Positions 17,882 through 27,951 are shown, numbered from the stretch's first letter. The stretch is 41,599 nt of DNA from an uncultured Candidatus Saccharibacteria bacterium (GCA_964489295.1 CAZAXT010000004.1:1-41599), one strand, 5' to 3'. Notes: generated by a model from the letters alone, not told the origin. Translations and numbers: made by a program.

Positions 17882-18520
17882 TTATTTCCCTGATACCTCT
17901 ATCGGTTGGCCGTTCTCGACATCCAGAAATTTAATACCATAATCTTGTAGAAATTGCTGTGCTTTGTCATACAAAGCGACCCGTGCTTCATTGCGCCAGT
18001 GCCAGTCGTGTATTGGGATAATCATTTGCGGTTGTAATTTGATCGCCGTATCAAGCGCTTCTTTCAGAGAACCCCATGGCGCTTGCATCGGTAATGCCAG
18101 TACTGGAGCTGTATCGACAATTTGCAGTGAATCACCCGGGTGTGTCAGTCGATCGAACACTGTGATACTCCAGTTGTCAGGAACCGACGTTCGCCACGGT
18201 AACGACTGATGAACGGCCTGCTCATACGTGACATTTTCTACCAACTCAGTGGTCGCGGTCACGCCTTCGGCTTCCAATGCGTCCACCACTTCCCGGTTAG
18301 AGATGATCGGCACCTCCGGGAATCGTTCCCGTGTCCGCCGGAGCAATGGAACGCTGCAGTGATCGAAATGCCCGTGTGTGATCAACACCGCATCCAACTC
18401 CGGTAGACTATCTAGGTCCAGCATGCTCGGTTCCGCCGCGTAATCACCCGGGTCAAACAGTACTGCGTGATCGTCCGTTTCTACCAGAAGACAGGAATGG
18501 ATATACTTGGTAATTCTCAT
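17882..18520 (-). CDS. MBL-fold metallo-hydrolase
   Basis: 212 aa with the HxHxDH motif (ITHGHFDHC). Confidence 0.8.
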   Translation of the reverse strand: MRITKYIHSCLLVETDDHAVLFDPGDYAAEPSMLDLDSLPELDAVLITHGHFDHCSVPLLRRTRERFPEVPIISNREVVDALEAEGVTATTELVENVTYEQAVHQSLPWRTSVPDNWSITVFDRLTHPGDSLQIVDTAPVLALPMQAPWGSLKEALDTAIKLQPQMIIPIHDWHWRNEARVALYDKAQQFLQDYGIKFLDVENGQPIEVSGK

Positions 18521-18573
18521 TAATAATTATCCTCTTAACTGATTGACTGGACTATATCCGAACAAAACGGACG

Positions 18574-18651
18574 TGGTCGGGGATGCCGGATTTGAACCGG
18601 CGACCTCATCGTCCCGAACGATGCGCGCTACCTGGCTGCGCCAATCCCCGC
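18574..18651 (-). tRNA. tRNA-Pro (anticodon CGG), CCA encoded
   Basis: The minus strand reads GCGGGGAUUGGCGCAGCCAGGUAGCGCGCAUCGUUCGGGACGAUGAGGUCGCCGGUUCAAAUCCGGCAUCCCCGACCA. This folds into a cloverleaf with anticodon loop UUCGGGA, G37 and a GTTCAAATC T-loop. Confidence 0.93.
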
Positions 18652-18837
18652 TCGTTGCAAGTATATAGTATAGAGTATATAGAGAAAACAATCCTCAAGT
18701 AACTCAATTTGCTTGTATTAAGTGCTCGATATCGCATTGAAAATACCTCTATTGTTTTACTGCAGGAGTAAACCACCCGGTACTCGTAATTTTTGTATAC
18801 AAACAAATTAATAATTATTGTTGTTAAAATATTAACA

Positions 18838-19335
18838 CTACCCTAAAAATGGTAGTTTTCTTCGTCGTGTGGTGTTGCGTTTTTGTCCATGGTTGCGCTG
18901 TTCATGTTTTCGAAGGAAGCGCGGCCATTCGTCCCGGACCCACGTCTGCTGCCGATCATATAGTTCGCCCAGGCCGCGGTGTTCAAATTCCTTCCGAACG
19001 ACGCCGCCCGCGTGCGGATGAGTGTGTTGCTGCTCGATTCCGGAATGAAACCCATGGGCATAATGGCACATTTCATGGACGATAACCGAACGAACGATGT
19101 CGGCTGGCACTTCAGGATGCATGAACCATCCACTTATCCTGATAAGTGTTTGTTCCGGATTCTTGGGATCAAAACGGATTGACCCTAACCGTGTCCGTGC
19201 CCGACGTCCGAACTCAATCCGCACCGGGTTGTATTCGGACACATCAAAGAAATAGCGTTGCCAGACTTCCCGTAGTTGTCGTTCCAGCCATATATTATTA
19301 CGCATACACTCAGGATACCCTACATGACCTGCCAT
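18838..19335 (-). CDS. SprT-like zinc metalloprotease-domain protein
   Basis: Has the HExxH motif VIVHEMCHYAHG. The start is set at MAGHVGY (ATG 19335) because a TATACT box at 19346..19341 lies 5 nt upstream; the track start is 19371. Confidence 0.6.
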   Translation of the reverse strand: MAGHVGYPECMRNNIWLERQLREVWQRYFFDVSEYNPVRIEFGRRARTRLGSIRFDPKNPEQTLIRISGWFMHPEVPADIVRSVIVHEMCHYAHGFHSGIEQQHTHPHAGGVVRKEFEHRGLGELYDRQQTWVRDEWPRFLRKHEQRNHGQKRNTTRRRKLPFLG

Positions 19336-19458
19336 GACAGAGTATAGATGCATTATAAAACAGTGAGGCATTACAGCTTAAGATCAAGCAACTTCTACAT
19401 AACCATCGATAGCACGATGACCACTACGCGAATCGCATACTCAATACTTTATACTTAT

Positions 19459-21069
19459 CTACATTTGTTGCCGTGGTTCGATGCTAAGTATACTCCAATA
19501 TACATCCATGCATCGGATAAATTGTTGTAAAAAGTAGAGTTTTTCAGCAGCTTTTTCTGCTGACAGGTCCACCACGCGGACCGTCTCGTACCAGTCATGA
19601 AACAATCCGGCCAGTTCCCGGCCGTAAAACGTCAGGTGATGAACTTCGTAACTTCGCTCAATTTCCTCCAGTACATCGGGGAGACGGCTTAACCGCTTGA
19701 CCATGGCGTGTTCGATCTCGTTCAGCTCGGTCATGGAATCACCCGGTTCGATTCCCCGCTCCGCTGCCTCGCGCTGGATCGACTTGGCACGAACGTAAGC
19801 GTACATGACATACCAGAACGGGTTTTTCTGCGATTCTTTCCTGGCCAGATCAAGGTCAAAATCCATATGGGTATCGCTGCTGCGCATAAGTATGAACCAC
19901 CGCGCCACATCAGGCCCGACTTCATCAATTAGCTCCCCGACCGTTACGATCTGACCCAAACGTTTACTCATCTTGACTTCCTGTCCGTTTTGCATCAGCC
20001 GCATCTGTTGGTGCCCCACCATGCTCAGTTCTTTATCGGGAAATAGCAATGAAATAGCAGCCTTTACTGATGGAAACTGGGCTACGTGATCGGGACCCAG
20101 TTCCTTGATGGCCGTATCAAATTTCCGCTCCCTGAAAATATTGACATGGTAGGCCACATCGGGCGCGAAATACGTCGGCTGACCGTCACTTTTGATAAAT
20201 ACCCGCTCCCTACGCGGGTCCCCGCCTTGGCTCGTATCGAGCCACAGGGCACCGTCACGCTCGAATAGTAACTCCTTGTCTTTCAATAGTTGTTTCGTGT
20301 GCTCGAACGTGTCATTTTCCAGGAGGGATGTCTCATTAAACCAGACATCGAATGCGATACCCATCTTCTGGATGTCCGGTTGGATATAATCCTCAAACAC
20401 TGCCTTCGTCAACAGTTTCTTCAACGTTTCGTCATCTTCGGTTTCCAATTGTTCTCTGAACTGGCCGGCCAATTCCGTGATGTATTCCCCGCCGTACTGC
20501 CGCTCTTCAGCGGTCGTCAGCCCCGCTTCAACTTTGACCGACTCCAGCAGTTTGTCTATCTGAGCACCGCCGTCATTAAAATAATATTCACGCGTGATCG
20601 TGTGCCCTTGGTGTTGGAGCACATTGCTAATGACATCGCCGATGAATCCACCCCTGGCATTACCGATATGTAGTGGTCCGGTTGGATTAGCCGATATAAA
20701 TTCGACCTGAACAGCATGGTCATTGCCGGACTTGGGCAAGTTCAAATTAGCCAAAGAATCAACCGTATCAAGCCAAAAGGTCTCGGTCAGAGTAATATTG
20801 AGAAACCCCGGACCGGCCGCTTCCGCCGTTTCCACCGATTCGTTGTGCTGCAAGGTCTCAGCTAATTCCCCGGCGATCTCCCGTGGCTGGCGTCCCAGTT
20901 CATCTTTGAGCTGCATGGCCACGTTGGTCGCGAAATCCCCGAACTCGGACTCAGCCGGGGTGACTTCCGGTGTACAGTCAACGCTAAGTACGTGACTGCA
21001 CGCTTCGGCGATCAAGCCGGCTACATATTGTAGCGGTGTTTCTGAAGATCGATTATTCGTTTGTGACAT
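19459..21069 (-). CDS. argS: Arginine--tRNA ligase
   Basis: 536 aa with SANPTGPLHIGNARG (HIGH region), MSKRLGQ (KMSKS-like) and a DALR anticodon-binding C-terminus. Confidence 0.95.
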   Translation of the reverse strand: MSQTNNRSSETPLQYVAGLIAEACSHVLSVDCTPEVTPAESEFGDFATNVAMQLKDELGRQPREIAGELAETLQHNESVETAEAAGPGFLNITLTETFWLDTVDSLANLNLPKSGNDHAVQVEFISANPTGPLHIGNARGGFIGDVISNVLQHQGHTITREYYFNDGGAQIDKLLESVKVEAGLTTAEERQYGGEYITELAGQFREQLETEDDETLKKLLTKAVFEDYIQPDIQKMGIAFDVWFNETSLLENDTFEHTKQLLKDKELLFERDGALWLDTSQGGDPRRERVFIKSDGQPTYFAPDVAYHVNIFRERKFDTAIKELGPDHVAQFPSVKAAISLLFPDKELSMVGHQQMRLMQNGQEVKMSKRLGQIVTVGELIDEVGPDVARWFILMRSSDTHMDFDLDLARKESQKNPFWYVMYAYVRAKSIQREAAERGIEPGDSMTELNEIEHAMVKRLSRLPDVLEEIERSYEVHHLTFYGRELAGLFHDWYETVRVVDLSAEKAAEKLYFLQQFIRCMDVYWSILSIEPRQQM

Positions 21070-21421
21070 TGATGCTCATTATACCTTACGGAGCGTTGAA
21101 GGTCAGTACAGAGTATGGGGTACGAGTATACGGAATAGCCGCAACGCATACTCCGGCAATATTATATTCGTCTACCGACAGACAGAGCGTTTGCAAAAAG
21201 AGGACGGAAACAGGATGAGACCGGTATATTGGTTTCCGTTGGCCTTCAAAACAGAGCATAGCGGCATAACGGAAAGGTATGCAGACACATCGAACACTGC
21301 TCTCCACGACTTACTTCTTTTGTGTACTCGATACTCTAAACTTGATACGCAATACTTAATACTTCCTCTTCCCACCTCCGTACTCTATGACCCGCGCTCT
21401 ATTTCCGATATCCTAAAGACT

Positions 21422-21856
21422 ATGAAGACCATAGCCCGCAACAAACGAGCCACGTTCGACTTCGACATCGGATACACGCTAACAGCCGGTTTGGTGTTAA
21501 CCGGTAGCGAAGTCAAAAGCATCAAACAGGGGCATATCAGCCTCAAGGGGAGTTATGTGCGTTTCATGGACGGCGAACCGGTACTCTCCAAAGCCCGCAT
21601 CTCCCCATATAAACCGGCCCACATTCAGCACGACCCGCTTAGAGACCGAAAGTTACTCTTACATAAATCGGAAGTCCAGCGTTTACGGGCTGCCCGTCAA
21701 AACGGTCAGCACATTTTGCCATTACGGGCCGGAACCGAGCGCGGGTTGGTCAAATTGGAAATCGGTGTCGGCACGTCACGCAAAAAACATGACAAACGGG
21801 AACGTATTAAGCAGCGTGAAATGGAACGCGAAATTGCCCGTAAAACCAAACGGTAA
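21422..21856 (+). CDS. smpB: SsrA-binding protein
   Basis: MKTIARNKRATFDF..LTGSEVKSIK..LLLHKSE..GLVKLEIGVGTSRKKHDKRE matches the SmpB pattern. The first 77 codons of the track ORF have no SmpB similarity. Confidence 0.92.
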   Translation: MKTIARNKRATFDFDIGYTLTAGLVLTGSEVKSIKQGHISLKGSYVRFMDGEPVLSKARISPYKPAHIQHDPLRDRKLLLHKSEVQRLRAARQNGQHILPLRAGTERGLVKLEIGVGTSRKKHDKRERIKQREMEREIARKTKR

Positions 21857-22066
21857 ACATATACTCGCGATATAGTTTATATAAAAACGCCCGCACGTAT
21901 TACATACACCAATGTGTTTTTTGGTTTAAGACATTGCGGGTTATACTCGTCGAAACGTGGTACGTATATGCGCTTCCTCGATTGAGTTATGCTGAACGTA
22001 AAATTCATTTTTTATATTCCCGATCAACGCAATGATCAAAACCTATTAAATTTTCGAGCATAAGCG

Positions 22067-22095
22067 TTGACAGGCCGGGCACGCTTATATACATT
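22067..22095 (+). promoter_or_regulatory. Sigma70-like promoter (TTGACA, 17-nt spacer, TACATT)
   Basis: TTGACA at 22067..22072 and TACATT at 22090..22095, directly upstream of the hairpin-rich sRNA candidate. Confidence 0.45.
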
Positions 22096-22100
22096 AGGGG

Positions 22101-22259
22101 TAAGCACTTTTGAATAACAAAAGTGCTCAAAAATAAAAACGTAAAATAAAGCTCCCTTAAGTAACGGCTTTTCGAAGCCGTTACTTACAAAAATCTCCAC
22201 ATCTCCAAAACCCACACCAAAACTCGAAAAAGCCCCGCCAAAAACAGCGGGGCTTTTTC
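22101..22259 (+). ncRNA. Orphan small RNA candidate (~160 nt)
   Basis: Three perfect hairpins: AGCACUUUUG/CAAAAGUGCU (22103..22127); a 12-bp stem with a UUCG loop (22159..22186); and a terminator AGCCCCGC/GCGGGGCU followed by UUUUU (22231..22259). An unpaired C/A-rich linker carries two UCUCC motifs. There is no ATG-initiated ORF on this strand. Confidence 0.45.
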
Positions 22260-22452
22260 GTGCCAATTATACACTGCTTATTACATATACATGGCCATGC
22301 ACCAAGATACGAGTGTCCATATTCGACCTTTAAGAGGTTCCCTCGAAACGCTTCACTGCGAAGTCAGTAACTTCACATACGCTACTCCGGACCTTTACCC
22401 TCCACCTTGCTTGTCGTGATACAATGCCATACGAATCATAAGAGTTTTGGAT

Positions 22453-24105
22453 ATGGCAAAGACGGCCGAAGAAGAGCGTCAAAAACAAGAAGAGGTAACC
22501 AAAAACCGGGCGGAACTTTTACGCGTACACTATACCGACACGCGCGAAGAAAACGCCGTCAGGTTTCTGCCAGAGATGATGTCGTTAGAAAAAATCGATC
22601 AATTGCACATGGTTCCCGTGAACGCCACGGTTAACCAACTCTTGCTCGGCTTTACTCTGGATACACCCCAAACCAGCATGTACGGAGTAGAGGATCTGTA
22701 CCCCGAATACAATGTCACGTTCACGCTGATATCGAAAGACGGATATGAAGAAATTTATAAACAGTACTACGATTACGCTCACAAAGATGATCCACCCGCT
22801 CCGACCCACCAGGAAATCGCCGAGCAGCTGGCGGATAAAATCCTGGAGGTTAATGAGCAAATTTCCCAGCAGGAGGAGTTGAACCTTTTCGATGAAGAAT
22901 TCTCCAAAACCGGACAGATGGAGCTTTTCGAGTTCCTGGCTCAGCAAGCATACTTACTAAGCGCGTCCGACATCCACCTCGAACCCGAGAAAGACGAAAA
23001 CGGCGCCCGGGTTCGATTCCGGATTGACGGCCGGCTCCATGTAGTAGGCCGCCTGGAGCAAGATCGATATCAGGTTTTGCTAAACAGTTTACAGATGCGA
23101 TCGCGCATCCGGTGGAACGCTGACTACCCGCAAACGGGTAGCACGACCGAAACCTTGATCAACCAAAACAAAGAGCAGATCGAAGTGAATATGCGGATCG
23201 AAACCGTACCGACGCTGCATGGCAGCGACGCCGTCATTCGCATCTTCAATATGGACGAAACGTTTCTGAATCTGGACAATATCGGCTTGAACGCGGAGCA
23301 ACGCAAACCGATCGACCAGTTGATCGCCCGACCGCATGGCATGGCTTTGATGGTCGGTCCGACCGGATCAGGAAAAAGTTCCACACTCTACGCCATGATC
23401 AACAAGCTCAACACCCAGGAAGTCAAAATCATCACCCTGGAAGATCCGGTCGAATATGAGATCACCGGTATCACCCAAATACCAGTCAACACGAACGACC
23501 AAGAAACGTTTTCCCGGAAACTGCGAGCCGTGCTGCGGGAAGATCCCGACATCATCATGGTGGGCGAGATCCGGGACGAGGAAACCGCCCGGACCGCATT
23601 GCAGGCTTCTTTGACCGGCCACTTGGTGCTTTCGACGTTCCACGCCAACTCATCGGCGGCAGCCATTACCCGTATGTTGGATTTGATTGACTACAATCCT
23701 TTGTTGGCTTCAGCGTTTCGATTGATCACGTCCCAGCGGTTGGTGCGTCAACTGTGCCCGCATTGCAAGGAGTCTTATGCACCGGACCATGACATGGCTG
23801 AAATCATCGCCCACGCGCTGCAGGGCACGGAGCAACAACCCGACGAGCTAACGCTGTACAAACCGGTCGGGTGTAGTGAATGCCATCACATCGGTTATCA
23901 GGGTCGGTTGATGGTGCTGGAGCAATTCGAAGTTGCCGAGTCAATCTCCCGGGAGATTACCAAGAATCCCGAAGGATCCGCCGACCATTTCCAAGAATTA
24001 GCCATCAGTGACGGAATGGTGACTATGCTACAGGACGGCGTTCAGAAAGCCCTGAACGGCAACACGTCCATGGAAGAAGTGCTCAGAGCCGTGGAACTGC
24101 GGTAA
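22453..24105 (+). CDS. pilB: GspE/PilB-family secretion/type IV pilus assembly ATPase
   Basis: Walker A GPTGSGKSST, Asp box, Walker B IIMVGEIRD, His box LVLSTFHAN and a tetracysteine motif CPHC..CSEC. Confidence 0.88.
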   Translation: MAKTAEEERQKQEEVTKNRAELLRVHYTDTREENAVRFLPEMMSLEKIDQLHMVPVNATVNQLLLGFTLDTPQTSMYGVEDLYPEYNVTFTLISKDGYEEIYKQYYDYAHKDDPPAPTHQEIAEQLADKILEVNEQISQQEELNLFDEEFSKTGQMELFEFLAQQAYLLSASDIHLEPEKDENGARVRFRIDGRLHVVGRLEQDRYQVLLNSLQMRSRIRWNADYPQTGSTTETLINQNKEQIEVNMRIETVPTLHGSDAVIRIFNMDETFLNLDNIGLNAEQRKPIDQLIARPHGMALMVGPTGSGKSSTLYAMINKLNTQEVKIITLEDPVEYEITGITQIPVNTNDQETFSRKLRAVLREDPDIIMVGEIRDEETARTALQASLTGHLVLSTFHANSSAAAITRMLDLIDYNPLLASAFRLITSQRLVRQLCPHCKESYAPDHDMAEIIAHALQGTEQQPDELTLYKPVGCSECHHIGYQGRLMVLEQFEVAESISREITKNPEGSADHFQELAISDGMVTMLQDGVQKALNGNTSMEEVLRAVELR

Positions 24106-24220
24106 ACCTACACGCAAAGACTTTACATACGCAGTTTCAACGTAATGCCCTGCCTTCGAAAAGTTTTGCGAGGTAGCGCCAACTGGAGGCTGCCTACTAT
24201 CCATTTTGTGTTGCGTGTAT

Positions 24221-25483
24221 TCACGGTGTGTTCATATAATCCCGTGCCAGCACGGCAAAGACGGCATTGGTCCAACCAAAACCGATCTGGGATGGGTAAA
24301 CACCGTCTTTGGGCGGTGCGTCCACGTCCACCACATTGTATTTTTCAAAAAATTTGCCGTGCTTATTGAATCCGTGCAGATTGGTATACAACCATCGCCG
24401 TGCGATCCGTTCAGCCAGCATTTCGTATCCATAATCGGCCAACCCGCGAATCGCCAGCAAATGCAACGGCGCCCAGCCATTCGGATATACCCACTGGGCA
24501 GCGTGATGTTCCTTCACATGGGGGTTCTGCAGCGTAGCCGTCATCCCGCCGGCGCATTCGAATTTCTCTACGTTATCGGCCAAGCGTTCCGCCTGTTGCT
24601 GACTGGCCATGCCGGCCCATAGGGGGTAATACCCCGCCATGGACCATACCCGCGACTGCTTACCGGTTTTGTAGTTGTAGTCGAAATAAAAACCGGCGCT
24701 TTCATTCCATAGGTATGAATTGACTTGCTCGCACCGTTCCTTGGCTCGTTGCTGCCACTGCTCAGCTTCCCGCGGCTTCCCCATGATCAATGACGTGCGT
24801 TCAAAATCGACTTCATATTTGTACAAGAGTGCGTTCAGGTCTATGGGAATGTATTGCAAAGAACTACCATAAAAGCGTGTCGTATAATCCCAACCGCTCT
24901 CAGCTTCGGCTAGTTCATCGATCAGGTTGATCTCATAATTCCGGCTCAACCCCTCGAATACTTGCCGCCAGTGCGGATGCAGGGTGCCCCGCCACACCAG
25001 CTCGTACTCTTTTTTGACTAACTCCATTCGCGGCGCAAGCCATTCTTTACTCCCGCCATAGTCATACAAATCCAGAAGTAGCGATGAGAGTAACGGCGGC
25101 TGCGAGCGACCTGTCAGATAGATACGGTTGCCCGAGGGGACGAAACCGAACCGTTGCAATAGGTGCAACAGGTTGTCAGCCTGTTCGAAAGCTTGGGTAT
25201 GCCGTTTAGTATCGATTAATCCCAGTGCTATGAAATACGTATCCCAGTAATACAACTCGTTGTGAATGAATCCTTCCCGGGGGTGGTTACCCGGCACAAA
25301 ATACGGATACGGTACGCCCAGCAACGTGTCCGAATCCTGGGACCGATTACGTTCCAATTCGCCCCACGTGGCCTCGACATATCCGAGCGCTCGTTCCATA
25401 TCCGCCGAATCGATCCGTGGCGGTGCCATGACCGTATTGCCGGTTTTGGTTCTGGATTGGCGCTTTGCCGCTTGTTGTGTCAT
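24221..25483 (-). CDS. Glycoside hydrolase family 37 trehalase-like protein
   Basis: Carries GH37-type signatures ELYYWDTYF and AAQWVYPNGWAPLH, consistent with an (alpha/alpha)6 fold. Confidence 0.8.
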   Translation of the reverse strand: MTQQAAKRQSRTKTGNTVMAPPRIDSADMERALGYVEATWGELERNRSQDSDTLLGVPYPYFVPGNHPREGFIHNELYYWDTYFIALGLIDTKRHTQAFEQADNLLHLLQRFGFVPSGNRIYLTGRSQPPLLSSLLLDLYDYGGSKEWLAPRMELVKKEYELVWRGTLHPHWRQVFEGLSRNYEINLIDELAEAESGWDYTTRFYGSSLQYIPIDLNALLYKYEVDFERTSLIMGKPREAEQWQQRAKERCEQVNSYLWNESAGFYFDYNYKTGKQSRVWSMAGYYPLWAGMASQQQAERLADNVEKFECAGGMTATLQNPHVKEHHAAQWVYPNGWAPLHLLAIRGLADYGYEMLAERIARRWLYTNLHGFNKHGKFFEKYNVVDVDAPPKDGVYPSQIGFGWTNAVFAVLARDYMNTP

Positions 25484-25553
25484 ATCCCCTACGCCTTCGG
25501 TTGCACTATACTATAGCGCTTATGATAGGCGGAGGCAAAGCTACGGAATCCGA

Positions 25554-26120
25554 TTACCAATGGCTATCATCGTAGGGTTTATTAGTTCCCGCACGTATGG
25601 CCGCGACCGTTCCTATGTCAAAAAGAGCCTCCTGATGTGATACGCAAAAACGCGCATTACCTTGTATGGCTCCTGCCTGCAGTTCGATACCTTTCTCCTT
25701 CTGGTAGTGTAATATGCCGCGTAGCTCTACGATTTCACCTCTTGAGACAACATTTTCACTCGGGAATTCCAGTGGCCACCACAATTGCACCGCGGGACTC
25801 GCATCCATCAACTCCTGTTGGTTGTCTGAAACGACCCGACCTAGTAAAACCCGTTCGTAATAATCATGCAGCTCTTCCACGTTCCGTTGTTTATCACATA
25901 GTATATGGAGCATATTGCCGGGTTGAAGGCGACTGAATGGTAACATCCCTTCCATCGTTCCCCGTCCTTCAATCGGAGCTGAATCAACCAAGGTGATATC
26001 CTCTGCAGCAATACAACCGGGTCGTGCCACTTTTTCTTCGATGTCACGAAGTGGCGTCTCTATTTCTCGTATATTGCTGGGGTATTCATAATGGAGTGTT
26101 TCCGGGTTCTGAGCTGCCAT
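25554..26120 (-). CDS. Hypothetical protein
   Basis: 188-aa ORF with no recognisable motif. It sits downstream of, and on the same strand as, the ABC-class ATPase. Confidence 0.5.
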   Translation of the reverse strand: MAAQNPETLHYEYPSNIREIETPLRDIEEKVARPGCIAAEDITLVDSAPIEGRGTMEGMLPFSRLQPGNMLHILCDKQRNVEELHDYYERVLLGRVVSDNQQELMDASPAVQLWWPLEFPSENVVSRGEIVELRGILHYQKEKGIELQAGAIQGNARFCVSHQEALFDIGTVAAIRAGTNKPYDDSHW

Positions 26121-26238
26121 ATCTATTTTATAATTTATATTTCTTCTTATACTCCAACCTCTGATACTGCGTCAATACCGAAAAACACAACCGATACATG
26201 TGTACCCGTTGATCATCGATTCGTACGGGCTCAAATAG

Positions 26239-27951
26239 TCACCTGAGTCCAACTTCCAGCGTCCGCAGCCGGTTCAGCGCCGCGGCCAGTTCAAAGCGGC
26301 GGAATTCGGCCAGATCGCCGGGATGACCGGACATGAGGACATCGAGTCCGTGCTCGGCTACATCCGCTTCTACCCGGTCCAATGCCTCAGCGACCGTCAC
26401 GTTTTCGCCTAATATATGCTGCTTCATGTACACCAGTGCTTGAGCGATGGCCCGGGTCTGGCTTTCATCGACCAGTTGCTCTACAGCGGCCAGATCGATA
26501 TCGCCGACCCCGACCTGGATGCGCGTTCTCCCTCTGGCTTTAACGTCGATCGATTTTTTACCCTTGGCGGGATTGATGGAACCGGGCTGGGGTGTGCGTT
26601 CGGAAATTAATCCGAATTGATCCCCGCCTTCGGCCTTTCGCTCAGCTCGATAGGTTTCGGCAATGTCCTTGGCCCTCCCCGTGACATCATATGGCCCGAA
26701 GTCTTCCATAGCGATCACCGTATCGGCATGTTCAAAGTAATCGCCACTGCCGCCCATGACCAGCACCGATGAGACATTGTGATCGGTATACAGCTGCCGG
26801 ATCTTGTCCACGAACGGTGTGATGGGTTCTTTATCGACAGCGATCAGCTCCTGCATGCGGTGGTCACGTATCATGAAATTGGTTGCTGAGGTGTCCTCGT
26901 CGATCAACAGCGCGGAAGCACCGGCTTCCAGCGTTTCCATGATGTTGGCTGCCTGGGAGGTGCTACCGGACGCATTTTCGCTGCTGAAATCAGTGGTTGA
27001 AGCGCCGCCGGGTAGATCGCCAATGAACGGCGAAATGTCTACACCGCTAACGCTCCGCCCGTCCTCGGCCCGTATCTTGACCGCCGCCGGATCAGTCACT
27101 ACGAACTCTCGGCCGTCGCCGGGGATGTGATCGTATATGCCGTTTTCGAGCGCATTCAGGAGGGTGGATTTGCCGTGATAACCGCCGCCGACGATCAACG
27201 TCACACCCGTCGGGAGACCCAAACCCGTTATAGATCCGGCATTGGGTCGATCCAACTCAACCCGGAGCGTTTCGGGTGCATGGAACGGAATGGCGCCATC
27301 CTCCATGGGACGCTCATCCACACCGCTGCGTCGGGGAAGTATGGCCTCATCAGCCACGAAACCTACCAAACCGCGTTCACTCAGCTGGTCGCGGAGTACA
27401 TCAGCGTCCTCAATCGTTTCGATGTGCTGCTGTAGCTCGTCCACATCTAGCGCTTCGTACTTCAGAGCAACTGCCACGGTCCGGGGTAGAGACTCGCCCA
27501 ACATCACGGCCGCCTGTTTTCCCAGTATCCGGCGGCCCTGCGCCGGTAAACCGACCGTGAATCGGACCTCCACGTACTCATCATTGATGAACGCGGAGGT
27601 ACGCTCTAGCACCGGCTGCCACGGTGGGTCGATACCGATGTGGCCGCTTTTGCCACTACCGCGATGTGCGTCCTCTTTTCCGGTTATCCGAGCAAATTGA
27701 CGGGTCATATAATCCTTGAGCGCGACTTCCCGACTCCTGGACCGGTATGTATACGCCGGGAATCGCGCCGTTTTCTGCGGCACGCGCACCCGGAGTCGGC
27801 TGGGCGCGGCGAACGGATCACCCTGTACGTAGTCAATGATTAATGAAAAATCATTGAATTCGTACTGCCTCCCCTGCAGATCTTTATAGGTCTTGTAACT
27901 TTTGCCGTCGATATGATTGAGCTGGTTGATCAAATCCTGCTCAGTCGGCAT
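26239..27951 (-). CDS. ABC-class ATPase (COG3044-type, stand-alone)
   Basis: The N-terminus YKTYKDLQGRQYEFNDFSLIIDYVQGDPFAAPSRLRVRV and the P-loop GGGYHGKSTLL are typical of this family. The start is set at ATG 27951, behind AAGGGGG. Confidence 0.8.
   Translation of the reverse strand: MPTEQDLINQLNHIDGKSYKTYKDLQGRQYEFNDFSLIIDYVQGDPFAAPSRLRVRVPQKTARFPAYTYRSRSREVALKDYMTRQFARITGKEDAHRGSGKSGHIGIDPPWQPVLERTSAFINDEYVEVRFTVGLPAQGRRILGKQAAVMLGESLPRTVAVALKYEALDVDELQQHIETIEDADVLRDQLSERGLVGFVADEAILPRRSGVDERPMEDGAIPFHAPETLRVELDRPNAGSITGLGLPTGVTLIVGGGYHGKSTLLNALENGIYDHIPGDGREFVVTDPAAVKIRAEDGRSVSGVDISPFIGDLPGGASTTDFSSENASGSTSQAANIMETLEAGASALLIDEDTSATNFMIRDHRMQELIAVDKEPITPFVDKIRQLYTDHNVSSVLVMGGSGDYFEHADTVIAMEDFGPYDVTGRAKDIAETYRAERKAEGGDQFGLISERTPQPGSINPAKGKKSIDVKARGRTRIQVGVGDIDLAAVEQLVDESQTRAIAQALVYMKQHILGENVTVAEALDRVEADVAEHGLDVLMSGHPGDLAEFRRFELAAALNRLRTLEVGLR

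Noticed and set aside
21191-21421. 77-codon N-terminal extension of smpB; similar extensions of rnhA (38493..38585), the DUF4446 gene (33183..33239) and the ABC-class ATPase (27952..28044)
   Set aside because: The extensions have no family similarity and they cover promoter-like -10 boxes or SD sequences that sit correctly in front of internal ATG codons.
22036-22266. 76-aa minus-strand ORF
   Set aside because: It lies antisense to a promoter-hairpin-terminator unit. It is translated through palindromic hairpins, has no SD and has an implausible composition.
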